Source of the DNA: an uncultured virus (IMG/VR IMGVR_UViG_3300025296_001443)
Taxonomy: Duplodnaviria > Heunggongvirae > Uroviricota > Caudoviricetes
Length of the DNA: 20,000 nt
Strand: one strand, 5' to 3'
Virus record (IMG/VR): IMGVR_UViG_3300025296_001443
Below, piece by piece: positions 1 to 8,068 of the stretch; position 1 is the first letter of the stretch, and each line of letters starts with the position of its first letter. Under the pieces are notes generated by a model, which did not search any database, was not told where the DNA came from, and saw only the letters and a list, made by a program, of their open reading frames with translations. The position numbers and the translations under genes were made by a program.

Positions 1-15
1 ATTAATTTCTTTCAT
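1..15 (-). CDS. 5' end of a gene running off the window (MKEIN...)
   Basis: ATG at 15-13 is preceded by an AAAGGA Shine-Dalgarno-like sequence, and the orientation matches the operon. Only 5 codons are visible. Confidence 0.4.
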
Positions 16-31
16 AATTCCTTTACGATCA

Positions 32-60
32 ACTATAATATAAGCTATCAATAAAATAAA
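32..60 (-). promoter_or_regulatory. possible sigma70-type promoter (TTTATT-N17-TATAGT)
   Basis: Lies in the 16-74 intergenic gap upstream of the ATG at 15. Weak evidence because the DNA is AT-rich. Confidence 0.25.
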
Positions 61-74
61 AAGTATTAACCAGA

Positions 75-332
75 TCATTGAATTGAATACTTAATTCTTT
101 TTCGTTTAATAACAGGATAGCCGTTATTTCTACACCATTGGTCTTGAATCTTCTCGATCATCTTGGATTCTTCCTGTGCTCCTCCATGTTTATTCTTTTT
201 TTCTTTTAATCTTCGTTCTATTGCTTGTCTTTTTGATTCTTGATAAGATTCCTCTAATTCTTTTTTCTCCTTCTGTGCTTCATCTAAAAAATCTTTTAGA
301 GTTGAATCTGAATTCAATTTTTCGAATATCAT
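75..332 (-). CDS. hypothetical phage protein (charged, coiled-coil-like)
   Basis: 85-aa ORF with an ATGA overlap with the upstream gene; rich in E/K/R. Confidence 0.7.
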   Translation of the reverse strand: MIFEKLNSDSTLKDFLDEAQKEKKELEESYQESKRQAIERRLKEKKNKHGGAQEESKMIEKIQDQWCRNNGYPVIKRKRIKYSIQ

Positions 333-736
333 TTTTCCTTTAATAATTCATTTATCTCATCTCTTATCTTTCTTAATGCACAATCTCTTTTCCAATCTCT
401 TTCAAAGAAAAACTGTGGATTATTAATATCTTTTATTTTTTGATCAATGTACACTGAATATCTTTCTGCATACTTTAGTGGAATATAACTTTGATTTCCA
501 TGTATCTTTCTTGATCCCCGACCCTTTAGTCTTATACTATATCTTCCTTTATGTAGATACTTCTTCATTGTTCGAATGAATATCCATCCTTCTATCGAAT
601 TAGGAATATCAGTCATAAAGTGTAGACATTCTCTTTCTCTTTTTTTACGAAGTTGCAACTTAATGTTCGGTGATCTAGGTTCCGAAACTAACCTTAATGC
701 TGCAACAACTTCTGCTTTATTATTATATATAGTCAT
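329..736 (-). CDS. hypothetical phage protein (basic)
   Basis: 135-aa ORF with AGGAG RBS upstream; no recognisable motif. Confidence 0.75.
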   Translation of the reverse strand: MTIYNNKAEVVAALRLVSEPRSPNIKLQLRKKRERECLHFMTDIPNSIEGWIFIRTMKKYLHKGRYSIRLKGRGSRKIHGNQSYIPLKYAERYSVYIDQKIKDINNPQFFFERDWKRDCALRKIRDEINELLKEK

Positions 737-791
737 ATCGCTCCTATAAGTAATAATATAATTAATACTTCCATTTTTATACCTTTCTATT

Positions 792-1130
792 TTATAAGTA
801 TGGTTGTTTAATTAAAACTACATTTCCCCATATATTTCTTCTATTTATATCAGTTTCACTACGAGCATCTTTTGGTACTTCTTGATTATACCAATGCCAA
901 TAAGCCCTATAAGCCATCGTTGCTTTTTGATTTAATTGAACATTATTTTTACTTAATGCGTTCTCGTCACAAAGCATTTCGTAGTTTTCTCCATCCCATC
1001 TAGCTTGAGCTACTTCCACAGTTTTATCGTGAATTATAGCTCTTACATGCTCCCATTCTATAGGTTTAGCATGCATAAAACTAAAATGGAATCCAGTTTT
1101 TAATATTACTATATGTTTAATTATAGACAA
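792..1130 (-). CDS. DUF3846-like phage protein
   Basis: 112 aa, TTG start after a GGAGG RBS. The pattern 'EMLCDENAL..N...N.KAT.....IWGNVVLI' resembles DUF3846 proteins. Confidence 0.6.
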   Translation of the reverse strand: MSIIKHIVILKTGFHFSFMHAKPIEWEHVRAIIHDKTVEVAQARWDGENYEMLCDENALSKNNVQLNQKATMAYRAYWHWYNQEVPKDARSETDINRRNIWGNVVLIKQPYL

Positions 1131-1404
1131 TCGGTTTTACCTCCTCCTCTAATTTAAGTTTTAGTTTTTCGTAAATGGTATTAGGTATATCTAATTGATA
1201 TAACTCTCCATTCGCATGTTCGAAAAGAATACGCCAACAATCCTCTCTCATCTTAATCGAGAAATGAATTGGCCACTCTTGTCTCTTATCGAATTTTGTA
1301 ATATCTTCAAAGTCATGACTTTTAAAATGTCTAGGCCAATTTTTAGTTCTAGCTATTGTATTTGAAAAAATTAAATCACTTCGTTTAATTACTAGATGGC
1401 TCAT
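1117..1404 (-). CDS. hypothetical phage protein
   Basis: 95-aa ORF overlapping both neighbours in the operon orientation. Confidence 0.7.
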   Translation of the reverse strand: MSHLVIKRSDLIFSNTIARTKNWPRHFKSHDFEDITKFDKRQEWPIHFSIKMREDCWRILFEHANGELYQLDIPNTIYEKLKLKLEEEVKPIVYN

Positions 1405-1595
1405 GTATTACTATCCAGTATATCTCTTAATTCATCTATATCAGAACCGTCATCGCTAAAATCAGAGACCTCTAAATCGACAGATGCAGCGACTTCTTTA
1501 TCAGTCATAACCTTATCTTCTTTTTTCCAACCATCTGGTGGAGTATTTTCTTTATTAACATCTTTGATTATTTTACTTAACTTTTCTTTCGTCAT
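1401..1595 (-). CDS. hypothetical phage protein with acidic C-terminus
   Basis: 64 aa, AAAGGA RBS, ATGA overlap with the next gene, D/E-rich tail. Confidence 0.7.
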   Translation of the reverse strand: MTKEKLSKIIKDVNKENTPPDGWKKEDKVMTDKEVAASVDLEVSDFSDDGSDIDELRDILDSNT

Positions 1596-1629
1596 AATTT
1601 TCCTTTCTATTTTTTACTTTATATATTTT

Positions 1630-1658
1630 TTTATATTAAAAATATTCCTTAAAAACAA
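1630..1658 (-). promoter_or_regulatory. putative sigma70-type promoter TTGTTT-N17-TATAAA
   Basis: -35 at 1658-1653 and -10 at 1635-1630, in the largest intergenic gap (1596-1730) and upstream of the ATG at 1595. Confidence 0.45.
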
Positions 1659-1730
1659 GAAAAAATACTACGATAGATAGTATATAAAAGAGTACAACCT
1701 GCTCTATAAAGCTCTCTAAATCACACTATT

Positions 1731-2060
1731 TTAGTGGATTGTATACTCTTTCTCTATATCTACTTGATAACGAAGAATTTCATTTTTATATTCAATTACT
1801 TCATAATCTAAAAAATTAAACATTTTCATTTTTCTTATACAGAATTCATAGAACCTATTTACTCTAGGAAAATAAGGTTCACTATCATATTGTGGAAACT
1901 CTAATAGTAATTTTTTTTCAGGATTTAATTTACTTGTATATTTAAATTTAACCCAATAATTTTTTGTGGGTAAACACATTAGTTCAGTAATTAGACTATG
2001 ATGAGCTTCTTTAAACATCATCTCCTTTTGGTTTTTCTTTTGGAAAAATAATCTTTTCAT
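1731..2060 (-). CDS. hypothetical phage protein
   Basis: 109-aa ORF. The true start may be the ATG at 2021 or 2018, after AAGGAG. Confidence 0.65.
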   Translation of the reverse strand: MKRLFFQKKNQKEMMFKEAHHSLITELMCLPTKNYWVKFKYTSKLNPEKKLLLEFPQYDSEPYFPRVNRFYEFCIRKMKMFNFLDYEVIEYKNEILRYQVDIEKEYTIH

Positions 2061-2256
2061 CTATACACATAAACTTAATTATAGTTCCATATTTATTAAC
2101 TTCTTTAGGTCCTATCTCTTTGGCTTTTTTAATAGCTTCTTCATATCCTGCAATCATACACTCATAGTGAGAATTATATAATTCAGGTAAATGATGAGGA
2201 GGTAAACAGCTATTATAGACTGAACTACACATTATCATACTTAATATAAATTTCAT
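2011..2256 (-). CDS. small Cys-containing phage protein with hydrophobic N-terminus (possibly exported)
   Basis: Start moved to MKFILSMIMCS at 2256 because of a TAATG overlap with the upstream stop. The four-Cys pattern C..C..C...GY...KFMC resembles small proteins of marine alphaproteobacterial phages. Confidence 0.7.
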   Translation of the reverse strand: MKFILSMIMCSSVYNSCLPPHHLPELYNSHYECMIAGYEEAIKKAKEIGPKEVNKYGTIIKFMCIDEKIIFPKEKPKGDDV

Positions 2257-2555
2257 TATTCTTTTAAACACCTCATTATTAAATTTTTAAGAACAGGATT
2301 ACTTTTAAATATAGTATAATATTGTTCTGTTAAAGTTGCTACTTTTTCTTCACCATGCAGGCCTACTTCAAAGTCATTTAAAGCCATAATTATATGGAAT
2401 AATTCATGAAATAAAGTCTTACCAAGTAATTGTTTAGTAAGTCCTTTTCGAATAGTTAATGTATTAGTATTGTAAGTATATAAAGCATAGTCATCTATCT
2501 TTTTAAAGATGACTTTAGTAATAGTATTTTTGTATTTAATTTTGGTTAGTTTCAT
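2256..2555 (-). CDS. small HExxH (zincin/ImmA-IrrE-like) putative metallopeptidase
   Basis: 'KTLFHELFHII' motif with a downstream 'EEKVA' Glu; 99 aa. Confidence 0.6.
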   Translation of the reverse strand: MKLTKIKYKNTITKVIFKKIDDYALYTYNTNTLTIRKGLTKQLLGKTLFHELFHIIMALNDFEVGLHGEEKVATLTEQYYTIFKSNPVLKNLIMRCLKE

Positions 2556-2577
2556 GGGGCCAATCTCCTGGCCCCAT
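2554..2577. promoter_or_regulatory. GC-rich perfect hairpin overlapping the RBS and start codon of the HExxH gene
   Basis: ATGGGGCCA-atctcc-TGGCCCCAT forms a 9-bp perfect stem with a 6-nt loop. On the minus strand the loop is GGAGAU and the 3' arm ends in the AU of the AUG. Confidence 0.7.
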
Positions 2578-2585
2578 TATAACAT

Positions 2586-3329
2586 TTATCTCCCAAGCAT
2601 TCTACTTTTTGTTTGAGCATTTACTTGAGTATTTAGCCCTATTCCATTAGCTTTTGACTGTCCACGGCTATAAGCTACCCTATCTCGAATACTCATTCTA
2701 GATTTAGCACTTGTTAAACGAATACCCTTCTGCTCTAGCCATTTAGTAATAGCCATTTGCTCGTTCTTATAAAGAACTGGTAAACCATCAGGATTACCTT
2801 GAGGTATATATGCAGGAACAATCTCATTATACTTATCATTTAATCTCTTTGATAATCTACTAGCTGCTCCTTGTTTAAACGCATGAGACATCTTATTAAT
2901 ACTAGCACGACTACCTGGAACTGCTTTAAATTCTTCTGCAGTTAATCGTTCTATTGTATTAATAAAGTATTTACACATTTCTGTAGCTACCAATCTATTA
3001 GATTTTCTACCTACAAAAGTAATAACTTTAACTTTCCTATAGTGTTTATCTAATTTCATTGTAGTGTAAGTCTTACAGAAATATAGTTTGGCTGTAGAAT
3101 TTCTTATATAGCCTTTCCATAAATCTCTATCGACCTCTACATCTTCGCTATCCATAGGTTCTACTTGATCTTCATCTTTCAAATCGCTAATAGATAGATT
3201 GTGTTCTTGAAGTAACTTTTGAGCTTTATCTGCAGCAAGCATTGCTTCGTTCTCAGAAGCTCCGTTTTCTATAGACATTTTCAAAAGCTTTTGTATTCGC
3301 TTTAGAATACTCTCTTTTTCTTCGGGCAT
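2586..3329 (-). CDS. DUF2786 domain-containing protein
   Basis: N-terminal 'ILKRIQKLLKMS..GASENEAMLAADKAQKLLQEHNLS' and C-terminal 'AYSRGQSKANGIGLN' are typical of this family; AAGGAG RBS. Confidence 0.85.
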   Translation of the reverse strand: MPEEKESILKRIQKLLKMSIENGASENEAMLAADKAQKLLQEHNLSISDLKDEDQVEPMDSEDVEVDRDLWKGYIRNSTAKLYFCKTYTTMKLDKHYRKVKVITFVGRKSNRLVATEMCKYFINTIERLTAEEFKAVPGSRASINKMSHAFKQGAASRLSKRLNDKYNEIVPAYIPQGNPDGLPVLYKNEQMAITKWLEQKGIRLTSAKSRMSIRDRVAYSRGQSKANGIGLNTQVNAQTKSRMLGR

Positions 3330-3375
3330 ATTTCTCCTTTCTTATTATTAGTTGTTATTCTTACTTTATATTATT

Positions 3376-3768
3376 TTAATTCTTATTCGACAAGATTTTC
3401 TTTATTGTGTTCCAATCTTTCGCTAGAGCTTTTTCTTCCCATTCTTCCCGAGTTATACCTTTTGCTAAATCTTCTCCATCACAGCTGTCAAATAAATAAA
3501 TTTCTTTATCCTTTTTCACAATTATATAGACAAGACCTCCATGATAGGTATAAGACTTGTGCCATGCGATTTGCTCTATACTCAGTTTTAGTTTTAATTT
3601 GGTTTTTTCTCTTTTGGGGGACCGCAAATACTTTCCTTCCAACCAACCAGTTTGACCGTATGAGCAGTAGTGCACATCAGGAATTCCTCGTTCAATCTGT
3701 GTCTCAATTCTCTGAATAAAAAAATCGTTTAATTTTAATCTAATCGTTTGCCAGATTTTCTTTTCCAT
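3376..3768 (-). CDS. PD-(D/E)xK nuclease, VRR-NUC / Holliday-junction-resolvase-like
   Basis: 'RIE....GIPDV......GWLEGK' catalytic pattern and 'EQIAWH' helix; this family is a usual neighbour of phage polA. Confidence 0.8.
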   Translation of the reverse strand: MEKKIWQTIRLKLNDFFIQRIETQIERGIPDVHYCSYGQTGWLEGKYLRSPKREKTKLKLKLSIEQIAWHKSYTYHGGLVYIIVKKDKEIYLFDSCDGEDLAKGITREEWEEKALAKDWNTIKKILSNKN

Positions 3769-4516
3769 TAAACTTACATACCGGGATTGGTTTCATTTTA
3801 TGTAAATTCTTCTTTCTTATTTTTAAATATTTTTGATAATCAGGCTCTATTGGATTATTCATTAAGTATTCTATTTCTGAATAAGACATACCTAATTGAT
3901 CTACATCTTTTCTTCCGTCATTCCATAAACCATCAGTTGGTTGAGCGTTAATAATTTCATCTAATATTTTTAACTCTACAGCCATTTCCCATACTTGAGT
4001 TTTAGTACAATCAGCTAGTGGAGAAATATCAACACCTCCATCTCCATATTTTGTAAAAAAACCTACACCAAAGTCTTCAATTTTATTCCCTGTGCCTATC
4101 ACAATTCCTTTGGTACTAGCGGATATTTGATATAAACACATCATTCTCATTCTTGCTCTTGAATTAGCTAATCCCATTTTATCTGTAAATTTCATATCTA
4201 TCATTTGATTTTCAAAAGCTAAAAAAGTATGTGTTAAATCTATTTCAACACCATAACAATTTTGAAATTTAGTAGTTAACCAATTTTTATGTTTAATAGA
4301 TAAGTCATGATCTTCGGGCCTTTGAGAAATAGGCATTGATGCCACAAGTGTTTTAATTCCAGTTAGTCCACAAATAGTGCTTACTACTGATGAATCAACA
4401 CCTCCTGATATTCCTATTACTAAACAATTAGCAGGAGTATCCATACTTTCTACATAATCAATAAGCCATTTTCTAATAAAATTTATTCGCTCAAATGGAG
4501 TCATTATTTTTTCCAA
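3740..4516 (-). CDS. nadE: NH3-dependent NAD+ synthetase
   Basis: PP-loop 'GISGGVDS', plus 'NSRARMRM', 'GTGNKIE..VGFFTKYGDGGVDISPLAD..KTQV' and 'PTDGLW...D.DQLGMSY'. There is no glutaminase domain. Confidence 0.93.
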   Translation of the reverse strand: MEKIMTPFERINFIRKWLIDYVESMDTPANCLVIGISGGVDSSVVSTICGLTGIKTLVASMPISQRPEDHDLSIKHKNWLTTKFQNCYGVEIDLTHTFLAFENQMIDMKFTDKMGLANSRARMRMMCLYQISASTKGIVIGTGNKIEDFGVGFFTKYGDGGVDISPLADCTKTQVWEMAVELKILDEIINAQPTDGLWNDGRKDVDQLGMSYSEIEYLMNNPIEPDYQKYLKIRKKNLHKMKPIPVCKFNGKENLAND

Positions 4517-5762
4517 TCGGTATATATTTTACAGTATCTTTAACTTTTAAATATCTAAATGGATCAATAACTACAGAGCCCGGCATAAAATAAAATTCTT
4601 TCCAAGCTTCATGTTTAGTTCCTATAAAAAATAATTGAGGTTCTTTATCCCATTTATAAGTATCCTTTACTTTCATAATATCATTATCGTCTACCCAAGG
4701 ATCCCACATAGTAACTTCTTTACCTTTTTCTTTTAAAATATTTTTCAACAATATGGAAGGACTTCCTACTGTTAAATTAGTTTCAGGTTTAAAACATTTA
4801 CCTAGAATATTTATTTTTTTATCTTCAGCATATTTTATACATAAGTCAGCTAACCATTCAGTTTGAACTTCTCTTTGTTTCATTATATTATCATACCAAT
4901 TATAGGATAAATTTAATTTTTGAGCTAAATAACTCAGAGCTATATTATCTCTAGGATGACAACCCCCTCCATCTCCCATTCCACCTGTTAAATATTTAGG
5001 ACTTATAATTCTATCAGTGCATAAAGAAAGAGCTTTTGTTACATCATCAACATCAGTATTAGGTAAGTAATGACAAGTTTCCATAATAGTATTGATCATT
5101 GCTATCTTCGTTGAAATAAAAGTATTATAAACTACTTTTATTAATTCAGCATTTTCTAAAGTAGTTTCATGAAATGGAGCATCATTTATAGTTCTATAAA
5201 ATTCTTTAGCTTTTTCGGCAGCATTTTTATTATCTACTCCAAATAAAATAACTTCACTATTTAAAAAATCAGGAATAGTAGTACCCATTGCTATAAAGAA
5301 AGGATTATAACAAAGTTTTAAATGTTTTCCTAATATTGGTTTAATAAGTTTTGTAATAGTACCAGGAAGAACAGTAGATATAATAACCACAACTTTATCT
5401 TTTCCCTGTTTTTCGATTTCTTCATTTAAATCTTTTATTCCTTTTACTAAATAATCATAATTAAAGTCTGCTCTTTCTTTAGGTATTCTTGTTATACCTT
5501 CATATTTTTCTTCATGAGGAGTTTGAATTGGAACAAATATAATATCACTTTCTTCAACAATATTATTTATAGGTTTTAATTGTAGTTTAGATTTTTGTAA
5601 TAACTCAATAGCATCTTCTTCTTTATATGTTAAAGTTTTAAATCTAATATCACGAAGTGTACGATCATTAATATCTGTTCCTATAACAGTATGACCTTTA
5701 CTTTCACATGCTAAAGCTACTGGTAGACCAAGTTTTCCTAAACCAATAAAACCTATTTTCAT
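4491..5762 (-). CDS. ugd: UDP-glucose/GDP-mannose 6-dehydrogenase family protein (divergent)
   Basis: Rossmann 'IGFIGLGKLG', 'ISTVLPG', 'AELIKVVYN' (catalytic Lys/Asn), 'GGGCHPRD' (catalytic Cys268) and a C-terminal 'LGKCFKPET' domain. The substrate is uncertain. Confidence 0.88.
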   Translation of the reverse strand: MKIGFIGLGKLGLPVALACESKGHTVIGTDINDRTLRDIRFKTLTYKEEDAIELLQKSKLQLKPINNIVEESDIIFVPIQTPHEEKYEGITRIPKERADFNYDYLVKGIKDLNEEIEKQGKDKVVVIISTVLPGTITKLIKPILGKHLKLCYNPFFIAMGTTIPDFLNSEVILFGVDNKNAAEKAKEFYRTINDAPFHETTLENAELIKVVYNTFISTKIAMINTIMETCHYLPNTDVDDVTKALSLCTDRIISPKYLTGGMGDGGGCHPRDNIALSYLAQKLNLSYNWYDNIMKQREVQTEWLADLCIKYAEDKKINILGKCFKPETNLTVGSPSILLKNILKEKGKEVTMWDPWVDDNDIMKVKDTYKWDKEPQLFFIGTKHEAWKEFYFMPGSVVIDPFRYLKVKDTVKYIPIGKNNDSI

Positions 5763-7604
5763 TTATTTTGCGTTACCCCAATTGTCTCCTTTCTCGACAT
5801 CCACCTTAAGAGGCACTTTCAACTTTACGCAAGTTTTCATGATTTGTAAAGCTTCTTCAAAACATTTTTGTTTATTCCAAGGAATTGAAAAATCTAATTC
5901 ATCGTGAATAGTTAATTTTAAATCAATCTCATCTAATAAACCTGCTTCATATATTTTTATCATTGCAGATTTTGTAATATCTGCTGATGAACCTTGAATT
6001 AAAGCATTTAATGCAGTATGAGTATAAGCTCTTTTAAGTTCTTGTTTAGGATAATGGGAATAGGCTTCTGATAAAGAATAGGCTCTTTCTCCCCAACTAT
6101 CTCTAGGTTCCCATAAATCAAATCTTCTTTTTCTTCCTAATAAAGTTTTAATGTAACCTCTACTCCCTGCTATATGCGATACTTGTCTTGATAGTTCTCT
6201 AACAAAAGGTACTCTACTATGATATTGATTAAATAATTCATAAGCTTGATCTTGTTCTAATCCTAATTGTGCTGCTAATTTTTTATTTCCCATACCATAA
6301 AATAATCCTAAATTAATAGTCTTGGCTTGCTTTCTTTCTATACCTGCCATATTAGCTACCATTTGATGAAAGTCTGTTTTATCATTTCTACAAAATTCTT
6401 TTTGGACTTGTAAAGCACTCTTCATATCTTTAAGACAAGCATAATGTATTAATACTCTAGGTTCTTGTTGAGAATAATCAGCACAATGCCATTCTGAATC
6501 TTCTTCAGGTATAAATAAACTTCTGATCATCGGACCAAGTTCAGGGTCTCTAGCTGGTACTTGTTGAAGATTAGGATATTGAGAACTAAATCTTCCTGTA
6601 ACTGTACCCATTGGATTAAAACTACAATGTATACGACCATTAACAGATTTATCAATAATCATATTTTTAATAAATGTATTTCGTATCTTGTCTAATTTAC
6701 GAATATTTAAAATACTTTGACTAACATCGTCCACTTGAGTTTCCAACCAAGCTGCAGTGAAAGATGGAGTACCTTTTGCGGTGTAGTTATATTTAATGTT
6801 ATTTTTATCATATGCTTCCTTTAAGGAGGCGTTTGCCCATACATTAACTATGGTTCCTCCTAAAGTATTTAGTCGTGATTGCATATGAATTTGTTTTTTT
6901 TCTAATTCGTTATATAATTTATGTGCTTTATCAACATCAACTCTTACTCCTTTTTTTCTCATATGAAATAGAACAGGTATAAGTCTTGATTCAAATTTAA
7001 TTATATCTTCAACACCTTCTCTCTTTATTCTTTCTTGTTGTTTTTGATATATCTGTAAAGTAAGTAAAGCATCTTCTTTAGCATATTCACTTACTTCATT
7101 AGCATGTAATCTCCATAAATTTTCTTTTACTTTAGCACGTTTACCAAACTTATATAAGACAGCTTGTTCGAGTTCAACTTCGTATTTAGATTTTCTTAAA
7201 TAAAACTTTGCTAAAGAGTTTAATGAATACTTTAATTTATTTTCATCAAGTAGATGTTCTATGGAAAGTACATCTAAAATCTCGTGACTACGAGTAAGGG
7301 TAAGTCGCTTATCCAGTGAATAAAGCCACTCTACGTCATACATTGCGTTAGCAAATATAAGCTTTTTCTTCTTTGAGTAAATATATAATAAAAAACTAAT
7401 TACTTTTTCTTTATTTAAATTTCCACCGCCTTGATGTTTAATTGGAAAATATTCATTATATCCACTATCAGTTGCAATAGAAATACTTGCTATAAAACCA
7501 TCTTTTCTAAAACCACCTGGTCCCATTGTTTTAAGATTAGGATCACAGGTCTCTGTATCTATTGCTATTAAATTTGCTTCATCTATTTTATTTACATTAA
7601 ACAT
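5763..7604 (-). CDS. polA: phage family A DNA polymerase with 3'-5' exonuclease domain
   Basis: ExoI 'IDTET', 'TGRFSS..PNLQQVP', motif A 'DYSQQEPR', motif B 'RKQAKTINLGLFYG' and motif C 'IHDEL'. There is no 5'-3' exonuclease domain. Confidence 0.96.
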   Translation of the reverse strand: MFNVNKIDEANLIAIDTETCDPNLKTMGPGGFRKDGFIASISIATDSGYNEYFPIKHQGGGNLNKEKVISFLLYIYSKKKKLIFANAMYDVEWLYSLDKRLTLTRSHEILDVLSIEHLLDENKLKYSLNSLAKFYLRKSKYEVELEQAVLYKFGKRAKVKENLWRLHANEVSEYAKEDALLTLQIYQKQQERIKREGVEDIIKFESRLIPVLFHMRKKGVRVDVDKAHKLYNELEKKQIHMQSRLNTLGGTIVNVWANASLKEAYDKNNIKYNYTAKGTPSFTAAWLETQVDDVSQSILNIRKLDKIRNTFIKNMIIDKSVNGRIHCSFNPMGTVTGRFSSQYPNLQQVPARDPELGPMIRSLFIPEEDSEWHCADYSQQEPRVLIHYACLKDMKSALQVQKEFCRNDKTDFHQMVANMAGIERKQAKTINLGLFYGMGNKKLAAQLGLEQDQAYELFNQYHSRVPFVRELSRQVSHIAGSRGYIKTLLGRKRRFDLWEPRDSWGERAYSLSEAYSHYPKQELKRAYTHTALNALIQGSSADITKSAMIKIYEAGLLDEIDLKLTIHDELDFSIPWNKQKCFEEALQIMKTCVKLKVPLKVDVEKGDNWGNAK

Positions 7605-8068
7605 TAATTTAATTTTCCTAAAATAAAATTAATATTTATATAAGCCCAATCTCTATCTGTCATACACCATAATCTTTCAGCATCTTTATGAATATACTTT
7701 TCTCCAAATACAATATTTTTAGCTGAAGTATTTAAAAGTAATTTAACACAATGAATACAAGGACTCACTGTAAGATAAACAGTATGAATATCATACACAT
7801 CTTTACATTGAAGTAATGCGTTTTGCTCAGCATGTATTGCTTCGCATTTATCTAAATCTTTTCCACTTGTGGAATTTGCTCCTTTACAAGGATTATCTAA
7901 ACAATGAGAAAATCCACTAGGATTTCCATTATATCCAGTTGCTAATACATGATTTTTTTTATTTACTAAAATACAACCAACTTTTCTTCTGACACAAGTT
8001 CCTCTTTCTGAGACTAATAAAGCCATTCTTAAAAAATAAAAATCAGCTGGTTGTCTATAATTAGCCAT
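7604..8068 (-). CDS. dCMP deaminase family protein
   Basis: 'C.RRKVGC', 'TGYNG', and zinc ligands 'HAEQNA' and 'PCIHC'. Confidence 0.93.
   Translation of the reverse strand: MANYRQPADFYFLRMALLVSERGTCVRRKVGCILVNKKNHVLATGYNGNPSGFSHCLDNPCKGANSTSGKDLDKCEAIHAEQNALLQCKDVYDIHTVYLTVSPCIHCVKLLLNTSAKNIVFGEKYIHKDAERLWCMTDRDWAYININFILGKLN

Noticed and set aside
1396..1680. 94-aa plus-strand ORF
   Set aside because: Antisense to a coupled gene and spans a promoter gap. Its Ser/Phe/Leu-rich composition is typical of a shadow frame.
2554..2577. Rho-independent terminator
   Set aside because: There is no U-tract on the coding strand and the stem overlaps a start codon. Kept as a regulatory hairpin instead.
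3405..3719. 104-aa plus-strand ORF
   Set aside because: Entirely antisense to the PD-(D/E)xK nuclease, with no motifs.
3740..5762. Bacterial chromosomal island or host contamination (ugd + nadE)
   Set aside because: Both genes abut or overlap phage polA and the nuclease, have similar AT-rich composition, and have no other LPS or housekeeping genes nearby.
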